Assembly: GCA_001655205.1 (NCBI GenBank)
Contig: LPNZ01009398.1
Coordinates: 1-19,450, forward strand
Direction of reading: 5' to 3'
DNA length: 19,450 bases
Source of the DNA: Lenisia limosa
Taxonomy: Eukaryota; Protista; Breviatea
Shown here: piece after piece, positions 1-8,606 of the stretch
Layout: every line of letters starts with the position of its first letter
How positions within the stretch are numbered: the first letter of the stretch is position 1
Translations under genes and position numbers: made by a program
Notes under the pieces: model-generated
Database searches by the model: none
Told to the model about the DNA's origin: nothing
What the model saw: the letters and a program-made list of their open reading frames with translations, nothing else

Positions 1-82
1 TATATATATGATCCTATATGAATATATATAGTATGATAGTATATAATATGATATGTAGTATATATGCATATATGATATATTA
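1..82. repeat. Degenerate (TA)n-rich low-complexity tract
   Basis: TATATATATG...ATATGATATAT, almost entirely alternating A/T. Confidence 0.7.
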
Positions 83-136
83 TTCCATACTTTGGTTGGT
101 TAAAGCAGGGTGGGAACGTGGCTCGGATGCTGTTAG

Positions 137-3100
137 AAAATTGTTCTACACCGTTTTCAACTCCGAAACGCTGATATGTTTAGAAACGTGTTGTTCAGAG
201 ATGTGTTGCAGAAGTTGAGCCCTCGCCCGATGTTCTTGATGCAATTGGTGAGAATTTTGTCTTTTAACCTACTGGTACTATTCTTAATTTCCACATATAA
301 TTTACAGGCGACCGTCTCAATGAAATTCGAGGAGTTACATTTGGGAGCTCAACGTTTGAAGGGGAATTAAAAAACAAAAAAGCACATTTGTAAAAAAAAG
401 GCTTTCTATGATAACGGACCAGAATGCAGCGTATTTCAGCAATTATGATGGCTGTACTTGCGCCGACTGTGTGCAGTTTGGACGGCTTGGCTGTTGAGCC
501 TATGGCTACTGGTTATGGCCAGGCTACATCCCCAATGGTCGGAGGTTTTGATATGTTTTTGTTTTATCTTTTTAATTGATTCTTAGTCTAATTTTTAGGT
601 TGGCCCGTCCCCCTCAGACCCACGGAATCAGCGTTTTTCGGGCAAATGCCAAGATGAACTGTCTTTTGACATACCTGCCGATTTTGTTTTAAGATCTAAG
701 AGGGACTCAAGGACTATGGTATGACTGACCGAAAGCAACACTTAACCTTAATCCTTTCTCATTTCCACAAGTACTTATGTTTCCACCATCCATCTTCACC
801 TTGATCTTGTAATTGACAGAACGATATGTTTTTTTGATACTCTATTTTTCGTTTGACAGTCGCAGCATGGCATCGTCAACATTGGTGCTGGAATAGGTAT
901 TGGGTTGAACCAATATATTATCTCTTTTTGTTTCATTGATACTGAGTCTTTAGTATTCTGTAGAAGCTGAACTATTTGGCTTGTATAACGATGAATAATT
1001 TTAAAGGGGTATGAGGAAATTGATGTGTTTAGGGGTTGAAGAGCCGATTTTAGCGCTTCTGAAGACAATTATTCAAATGCTGTCTCTACAGGCCTTCAAT
1101 TTACAGAACAGTACGCAAACATATGGGGAAGGATAACTTGTAACATTGTTAAAGCATCTCATGTAATTACCCTTTAGTGGGCAATCATAAATTTTCATTC
1201 ATACTAGTTTTGTGAAGCAAATTCGAAATAGCTTTTTTTATTTTCAACTTTTGGAGTTTTTTTCGACGTACTTCCTCAACCCTTCAGACATAGAAAAAAC
1301 CGTAGTTGGGCTGGTTGTGACACATGGCTATGTAGTACCACTTACAATGGCGTCAAATTGGCTCGCAGCCACACCACCAGTTAAGGTGAGTGAAAAGGAT
1401 TGCATCATCTGATGGTCAAACTATCGCTTTGCGGCGTCTTAGATGATGTTGAGCTTTTTTTGAAACAATGTCAGAAGCTATGCTCCCAACTTCACAGTCG
1501 TACCACATTCTCCTAAGAGCGTCTGCTGTCGTGCCCTGTATTGGTTACAGATTATAAGGAATTTAGATGATTATCTGTCAATCATTCACTTCCTTTTTTG
1601 TTCAATCAAAGGCAATCAAATAGTATTTGTGTTTGAGGGCATCTTCTTGCTTTTATAGTTTAGTTTGACGTTGCTGCTCCTCGGTTTAACTTCCCAGTTT
1701 TCAGAAGGACATACACTGTTATTTTTAGAACAAGTGGGGAGGGGGAAAACTGGGTCGTACTTTTTCTGTCAATTTGTGGGATATTCGTAAGACGCAACAG
1801 AATATCTTCTGATCAGATTTTGTTAAATAGCTGAATGAGTTGTAAGAAAAATGATGATGAATGCTTAGCCAACGTCCATGAGAAATAATGTGAATGGTTC
1901 AGTCAAATAGAGTCTATCCTTTCCACAAACTCACAATTACTTCCCAGTTCTCAACTCAGCCGCAGTTATCGAAACGGATGGATTTGACCCATTTGCGGAG
2001 TCTGATTCTGGTGAGGTCTATCTTTACTGGCTTTCTTTAATCTATCTCTGCATTGCAAGGGTATTTCTACTCTATTTATAATGCTAAGCACAATCATCAG
2101 GCTTTTATATTCTTATTAACCTTGGTCGCTTAGATTCTGATGAAGACATGCTTTCAAGAAAATCTGTACACGTATGTTGGGTTGGAATCCTTAAACTTTT
2201 GAGAATTGAAGAATGGGTCAGAGTTTTCTAAGGTTTAGTTTTCGAGACTCAGCTTCTCGCCTAAATAACTTCAACTGTTTTGTTATATTTAACTGAATGA
2301 TCTAGGTAACACCAACGAAGAATGGCAGGGTTTCAACAAAAAAGGTAACGGAAAATAGGGCAAATATCAAAGGGCCGAAATCATAGTCCTTTTGATAAAT
2401 GTTATACTCAAGCTAACTTTTGTTTGATGCACATAAATGAAAGTACTATTTGTGAAGTCATGATAAAGTTTTCCGAAGGGAAATTTGATATACAGGCAAA
2501 GTCATATGATACTATGTATGTATAATATATACAGTATAAGTACAGTATATAGTACTATGTCATAATCTACAGTTATAGCTATATGATACATGTATATTAT
2601 ACAATATACAGTGTATATGACATATTATGTATTTCATATGTAGCTACATGGCAATGGCTTCATTCTTCAAGGCTTCTAGTCCCAGTATTACTATTTCTGG
2701 AGTAACAGCAAAACAATCCAAACCAACTCAAGTATGGGGTACATGCTTTTGGAAACAAACTGAAATGATGGGTGTGATGGGGTATTTAATTCCTGCCAAT
2801 CAACCCTCTATGCTAGGAGGAGTAAATATACGTAGTACCTCCTAATTATGAGCCTTTCCAGCATTTCCAAGATGCCAATCAGCTTATTTTATAGTCAACG
2901 GGACGTATTCGCATCAATTCTGGAAGTGGTTTCAATAGCGCCGATTCAGACTCCGATTCGGATTCCGAGTATGAGGGTAGAAGAGCCTCCCTTCCTTCCT
3001 TACAAATATTTTCCAATGATACTGCTATCAGGTCAAGCATAGTTATATTTGTCTCATTGTTTAGTGGGGAGTTGATTTCAATACGCTCAAGGGGGAGGAG

Positions 3101-3694
3101 ACAATTCACTCCGCAAGTCAGCCATCCGTCACAACCGTTGGGGGCGTAACAGTTGAAAATACGGAGGATGTTGGTCATTTTTTATTGAAAAGAAAATATG
3201 GGCACATGAATTCTAGATCTTATTTCAAATGCCTTTTATCGCTTCAGGGACTCTTCAAGTTCAAGTGAAGATGGTATGAGAGGCTTTCACAGTCTCATCG
3301 ATTTTACGAAAATATCAATATTTAAATTGACTTTGTCGGACATTTCTATGGGCACTGGAAGCCTTAATCTTTCAGAGCTGCCAGGCACCCCAATAAAACT
3401 GACCACCTCTTCTCCATTAGGTAATCTTTGCACGATATTGTTTCCAAGAATCACGTCAGATTTGATAATTTTTATTAAAGATTTTATCATTATCCTCAGC
3501 ACTCTTATCTCCACAGGCAAACCATTGGAAAGGACAGTAGTCAGTGTAATTTTTGAGGTAAGCTTGTAATACGTCTCTTACGATGTTTGTTATGCTCTAT
3601 CGAATGGTGATAATGAGAAATGTCAAAGAAAAACGGCTGCATAAATATTGATTTGTGTTAGGACAGCGATCGAGATGAACTATCGTCCGATTAG
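137..3694 (+). CDS. SMP (TULIP) domain lipid-transfer protein, Mmm1/Nvj2/TEX2/E-Syt-SMP-like, with S/D-rich low-complexity C-terminal tail; 5' end unresolved or outside the window
   Basis: Phase-consistent exon chain: 137-247, 308-353, 440-537, 599-718, 860-896, 1288-1385, 1498-1530 (donor uncertain), 1664-1733, 1948-2010, 2134-2171, 2306-2344, 2672-2731 (optional), 2895-3031, 3248-3273, 3376-3420, 3517-3557, 3662-3694 (TAG); about 364 aa. The spliced protein ...FRNVLFRDVLQKLSPRPMFLMQLATVSMKFEELHLGAQPIMM...ELSFDIPADFV...GIVNIGAGIDIEKTVVGLVVTHGYVVPLTMASNWLAATPPVKSYHILLRASAVFDV...FPVFRRTYTVIFRTILNSAAV follows the order of SMP elements: helix, P-x-FL, EL-x-LG-x-x-P strand, D/F strand, paired strands, closing helix. 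No C2 domain follows. The family call is by-eye. Confidence 0.65.
2500..2640. repeat. Degenerate TA/TATG low-complexity tract in an intron of the SMP gene
   Basis: TATGATACTATGTATGTATAATATATACAGTAT...; lies between exons 2306-2344 and 2672-2731. Confidence 0.6.
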
Positions 3695-3717
3695 GCCGTG
3701 AATTTTGGACGTTCCAC

Positions 3718-6700
3718 TTAGAAGCCAGCGAATCCTTCTTCTAAATAGTGTCAATTCAAAGAACAATTGGTCGTTTTTGAGGTAAATGTAATGGAAAGGT
3801 TTTGAGCAATTCACTGGCATACTTTATACCACCTCCCTCAACACAGAACTCCCTCATGCCCCACAGCAGGTAGTACTACCTAATACCCCCCCTCCCTCCC
3901 ACTGGTGACATAATTACTGGGTACCATGCCCTTCTTGCCGTCCAGTTCACAACTAGATCGTAAAATTGTTGAAAAGTATGACCAAAGATGAGAATGTAAC
4001 AATACTTGAAATTGGAATGTCGTTCACAAACAAAAATGCTCAAATGTTCATTTCTATGATATATGGAGATTTATCGGTAATATTCGGAGCATTACGAATC
4101 ATGACCAGAAGCTATTTAAAATATCCCCACGTGATCCAGCCTTCGGGACCATCAGCCGTGACTTTCAGTAAACTTCCAGTTTCGAAAGGAAGGTCGCCCT
4201 CTGTTTCACCCTGGGGTGGGGTAAATGGAAACTTCTGAAGTAAACTTAAACAAGAACACATGTACGAAAAAAAAAAAAAAAAAANNNNNNNNNNNNNNNN
4301 NNNNNNNNNNNNNNNNNNNNNNNNNNNNNNNNNNNNNNNNNNNNNNNNNNNNNNNNNNNNNNNNNNNNNNNNNNNNNNNNNNCAAATTGAAGACAAACTT
4401 AATACTGAGTTGTGAGGGGTGCTCAACAAACACAAAACAATCCAGTACCAACCTTGAAAGGGAAAAGTGTCCTCACAATGGTTCCAACTTTCGGTTTTGG
4501 CGGAGGTAGTGAAGCTATTGATGAGGAAGAGTTTTGTTTTACGATAAGAAAATATACAATCTGAATGCTTGATTTGCAATCTAATATATGAAGAAATAAA
4601 AAAATAGACATGTTATTGTTGCGGGATAGACATCAGACACCAGCAGGAAATTAACGTAGTTGATAGCACAAATGTACATAAAATATAGCTACGACAAGGA
4701 AAAACACTTACATGCTACTGTGACGAAGAGTTTTCAGCCTCCCCCCCCCCCCCNNNNNNNNNNNNNNNNNNNNNNNNNNNNNNNNNNNNNNNNNNNNNNN
4801 NNNNNNNNNNNNNNNNNNNNNNNNNNNNNNNNNNNNNGCGGAGGTCCGACAAGAATAAGGCCCAGAAATAACCAAATGCGGACCATTGTCCGTAAGGTTG
4901 ATGCTATGGGGAGTGTAAAGGGAAAACTGTATGAACCAAAAAAAAAAACCCCTCAAAATCAACAGAGGTTAAAAAGGTGACGTCAACACGATTTTCAAAT
5001 AATAGAATGTCCCTGTTTGCAGACGTTTTTTTGCTCCTTCAGGAGCTTTGCCTTCCAAGAAATTTGACACGTCGTTCTCAACTATAGGGTCAGAGTTAAG
5101 ACAGTGAAACAGAAAAGAAAAGAAATAGAACAGATAATTAATAGAGCCAATGCTATGATCCTTAGGCATAATTACTCCCCAACCAAAATCCAACCACATA
5201 CTTTGGTCTGAGTCGCTGCCAAAGAGGGATGAGAAAAAGGTTTTCATGGCTCGAAAGAGGACAAACGTCTACATTGGTCACATAACATCTTATTTTGGCA
5301 AGTTAGTAAATGGGATGAGTACTACAGGGCTTGAAGTAAGATGGAACCTGGTATGAGCAAATTGTTGCAAAAAGATCAAGTGTATTATTGGGGATCACCA
5401 GAGTAACACCCCCCCACAATTTATAAAATAAGCCCCTATTTGTAACATCCCCTCCCCTCACTTGCGACATTTGAAGGAGATGTTGCTTCAAGTAAGTCAT
5501 TCGCTCAATCATATGCATAATAGCTCCGAAGGTTTCTGTAACCGCAATTTGACTAAAACAGATTATTTGTGGATTTGGTTTTTAATAAGACATTAGGGAA
5601 GCCCCAATAAAGCAACAAGCTACCTCTTTGAGAAAAAAAAAAAGTGGAAATGGACATTCTCAAAAGATGTAGAAATACAGGAACACAAAATTCAAAGGAA
5701 AATTCCCAACCTTGCGTTCAGTATAGAGGTGATTGATCCGAAAGCGTTGAACACTTGCATTAGCCCGCCAAGCCTGTGAAGTCACGTTTCACTTATAAGT
5801 AGGGTTTCACTTCGGTTCGAAAAAGATCGGTAAAATATCGATAGTTTTCGAGGATTTATCGAGAAATTCAGTCTTTTTCGAACCGAAATGAAATGCTTAT
5901 CAGCTTAAAATATTCTTTAAGTTAAGCTTGCGTCAAAAAACCAAGAAAAAATACACACAAAAACCGAAAGTAAATTTCAGATGATGCTAATGTTGTGTAT
6001 GCTTCAGGTATTTTGCATACCAATACATACTTTCGAATTCATAAATATATTATATACTATCTAAAATACACATATATTAAATGTAGATAATGTATACTCT
6101 GATATCTTACCATCCCGTCTGATTGTTATTCGCCAGGCCTTGCATGCCGAGCAGTCCCATGCCCATACCCATTCCTAAGTTTTCAGCATCATCCATTTTC
6201 AATATGCTTCAATGTAAGAGAAAACTAAGTTGAAAAGCTAAACACGCTAATAAATAAGATCCATCTGTGAAAACTCTCTATCAATAGTTTTTTGTTTGAA
6301 AGCAATAAATCAAACACAAAGACTCATAACACTCAAACGCTTACCTCCGTACATACCCATGCCGCCCATGCCCATTCCTCCCATGTAGGGGCTTGCGCCA
6401 TAGCCTCCCATTCCCATTCCATAGCCTGTTCCGACTCCCATAGAGGAATAGGGGTCAATTGTAGAAACAGGAGCTCCTGAGGTGGGGGGGGGGTAAAATA
6501 AAAATATACGGAAACCAAAAACTATGAAACAAATTTCTATTCCATAGCCAGATGTGAAAAATGTCACAAAGCAAAAGATAATAGTCTTTCATTATTCCAA
6601 AATAATCCAAATTAAACTCTGAGTTTTGGAGCGAAAAGGTATACCTATATGATATATAACATATATTCTATGTATGTGCACCTCAATACATTGGTGCTGC

Positions 6701-7258
6701 AATAAAAATACCCCAAGAAAACAAACCAAGGGTAGATGCCATGGGGGTACTCATTGGAGCGGGTCGCTCCTCCTGGATAACCATTAAAACACACAAAGGG
6801 ATGCAAATGGAAACAGTCGTCCCTGAAGCATGCTTTAAATCTGGGCTCATTCGGTTAAAGATAAAGATATTTTATAAAAACGTATTTATCTTTTAATAAA
6901 GGGCTAAAAGTCCACTGCTTGGGGTGGAACAAACAAAATTGCTAAGACTATAAAAACAATGGAAGAACAGTACAGCTTTTTATCGTAGCAAACCGGTTTC
7001 TTGGGAGTGTCAAGAGCCGAAATAGAAAGTGCAGCAGATGCATCTGTTGTTGCTGTTGTATCGTTGTTGAACGCCGTAGATTGGCCAGGGCCATTTAGAG
7101 GAGAAGGGTTGCTTGGTGCCTCACAAGAGTGAAATTATGATCTAAGAGTTGAAGTTCCCCATAGTCACGACATGAGGTTAATTTCATACATTGGGGGCTG
7201 ATGCAACTGTGATGGGACGCTCCCACGGCTTCGCTGGAGATTTCTCTGAAGTTGACAT
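3718..7258 (-). CDS. PEX13: Peroxin-13, peroxisomal import docking protein with C-terminal SH3
   Basis: Exons on the - strand: 7258-7190, 7119-6994, 6772-6727, 6476-6345, 6174-6111, 5773-5711, 5552-5462, 5268-5202, 5081-5025, 4903-gap, 4514-4453, 4210-4131, 3952-3903, 3740-3718 (TAA; last exon less certain). Phases match at every junction outside the gap. Protein features in order: MSTSEKSPAKPWER (Pex13 PxKPWE motif); a YGMGMGGYGASPYMGGMGMGGMGMYG stretch; WLGGLMQVFNAFGSITSILNASQIAVTETFGAIMHMIERMTYLK; a transmembrane segment IWLFLGLILVGPP; and the SH3 VRTLFPFKGETEGDLPFETGSLLKVTADGPEGWITCELDGKKGMVPSNYVT. Confidence 0.9.
4285..4382. other. Assembly gap (N run) inside a PEX13 intron, abutting an A18 homopolymer
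   Basis: N run preceded by poly-A at 4267-4284. The flanking SH3 exons (4514-4453 and 4210-4131) join in phase 0, so no exon needs to lie in this gap. Confidence 0.95.
4754..4837. other. Assembly gap (N run) hiding the 3' end of the PEX13 transmembrane exon, abutting a C13 homopolymer
   Basis: The exon starting at 4903 (-) reads ...LILVGPP into the Ns. Poly-C at 4741-4753 borders the gap. Confidence 0.9.
5805..5893. repeat. Inverted repeat or hairpin (MITE-like) in a PEX13 intron
   Basis: The left arm 5805-5826 (TTTCACTTCGGTTCGAAAAAGA) matches the reverse complement of 5872-5893 (TCTTTTTCGAACCGAAATGAAA) at 21 of 22 positions, with a 45-nt spacer. Confidence 0.8.
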
Positions 7259-7361
7259 TGGAAAGTCTTCAAAATTGTCTTAATTAATGCTTTCTCACTA
7301 ATTCTATGCTAGTATATCATATTCCAAAAGGGATTTGGCTTGAAACAAGCTTGTCTTTAAA
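7259..7361. promoter_or_regulatory. Putative compact bidirectional promoter between PEX13 (-) and the adjacent + strand gene
   Basis: Divergent start codons at 7258 (-) and 7362 (+) are only 103 nt apart. No specific element is identified. Confidence 0.5.
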
Positions 7362-8461
7362 ATGTCGAAATATTTATCGAAAAACTTCGTCATTGACAGA
7401 TTTGTCCTTCTTCTCTTTTCCCCTGAGAGCAGACCCTTTGGAAAACAAGTTACACAATAAAAATACAATACTTGACAGAAGAAGAATGGCATATTTCTAC
7501 CTCACGTGATTTTCACTATCATCAACTGCATCTAGTTTCTATTATTTGGTAAATTGAATACCATGAGAATCAACCCCATTGTATATGACTACTATGACAT
7601 GGTCTTGCAGTCATCGGTGCAGAAAGACTCGTCCTTTCTCCTGAAGGTTTGTGCTTTGTTAACACTTTGAAATCTTCTTCTTGTTTTTGACAACACGTGT
7701 AAACCATTAGATTCCCCAAGTGTCACCCCTCTTCTCCACGGAACAGAAGCTCTTGGCTAGCAGTGCCCAATTATCCGCTAGAGCATTTGAAATGGGAAAC
7801 ATATTAGTTGAGAAACGATCACTTCGAGAGCTTTTGAGCACTCTTACTCCAAAGGTATGATAGAGACTATAGTTGCTTTATGATCTTTTCAACACCTTCA
7901 ACCAAACAGATAGATTTATTGGTGAAAAGTCTGTTCTTGTATTTTTCATTTTTATTGTATTGATGAATTTTAAAATTTGATCTTAGACTCTGGATAGCCT
8001 GATACTTCCGGTGGACGCACAGCCAAGTTACAATGGATGTGCAGTACACAGAAGTTACCCATCCATTTTCTCAATTTCATTATCAGAGGTGGCAGAAACA
8101 GAAGGAGGTATGTTTAAACAATCAGAGGTTTATTCTGTTTGGTAACGTTTTTGAAAACAGTTGTATCTGTCTTGAAAACTCCCAAATTATACAGTTAATC
8201 TGTGTTTAGATAAGTTGTTGGCCACAAAGCAATACGAATACATGAACGAGCCTCTTTTGGAGTCAATTGAAGAAGAATTTGAAATGGCCGATTTCTGTCT
8301 CAAGTCCATGGCGATGATGTCTTTGATTGCTTCAAATGTCGAACAAAGCAATGCCTTGTTTCTTCCTGTTGTTACGTGAGTTGGGAAATTGGATTTTGTA
8401 TTTTTGATATCCTGCAACATAAACATGTTGCAGGGTATCAAAAATAGAGAGTTTACAGTAG
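7362..8461 (+). CDS. Hypothetical protein of about 220 aa, weakly reminiscent of proteasome assembly chaperone PAC1/PSMG1; alternatively the 5' exons of the downstream SHOC1-like gene
   Basis: Phase-consistent exons 7362-7448, 7536-7646, 7711-7854, 7987-8107, 8210-8375, 8434-8461 (TAG): MSKYLSKNFVIDRFVLLLFSPESRPFGKQFLLFGKLN...RELLSTLTPKTLDSLILPVDAQPSY...YMNEPLLESIEEEFEMADFCLKSMAMMSLIASNVEQSNALFLPVVTVSKIESLQ. The exon chain is well supported. The PAC-fold resemblance is only impressionistic. Confidence 0.6.
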
Positions 8462-8606
8462 AGAGTTCCGGAATAGAGAGTTTACCGCCTGCCATTTTTT
8501 GTTATAGAATATTAATATTCTTCGTAGAACACTTAACGTGAAAATGAAAGACTTCAGACTAAATATATTATATTTTTGTAAACATTATTTTTTTGTGATA
8601 TTAAAG

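Noticed and set aside
184-389. Alternative frame KRVVQRCVAEVEPSPDVLDAIGDRLNEIRG...KAHL* ending in a PTS1-like AHL
   Set aside because: The frame giving FRDVLQKLSPRPMFL...FEELHLGAQP matches SMP motifs and links to all downstream exons, so the PTS1-like end is probably chance.
440-544. In-frame TGA in CADCVQFGRLGC*AYGYWLWPG as possible selenocysteine
   Set aside because: Another frame of the same exon (PIMMAVLAPTVC...) is open, phase-compatible and completes the SMP LGxxP motif. No SECIS was recognised.
2879-3178. Minus-strand 99-aa ORF (MTNILRIFNCYAP...) resembling the LINE endonuclease NxYAP motif or a 5-phosphatase start
   Set aside because: It is the exact antisense of + strand exon 2895-3031 (ESESES mirrors SDSDSD). 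No other endonuclease or reverse-transcriptase motifs follow, and the + exon fits a phase-consistent chain.
3287-3520. Minus-strand 77-aa ORF with a faint eIF1/SUI1-like look (ITLTTV...NGEEVVSF), plus FDPFAESD at about 1980
   Set aside because: The two pieces are on opposite strands, the RNGRK and GDQR motifs are absent, and the region is explained by three + strand exons with good splice sites.
2627-3600. Possible recoding (TGA=Trp, TAA/TAG=Gln) suggested by minus frames broken mostly by TGA
   Set aside because: Those TGAs are antisense to Ser TCA codons of the + gene. The 740-codon ORF and all spliced genes are stop-free in the standard code and end in TAA or TAG.
8187-8495. Minus-strand 102-aa ORF MAGGKLSIP...
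   Set aside because: It is an antisense shadow of + exon 8210-8375, which has strong splice sites and belongs to a consistent chain.
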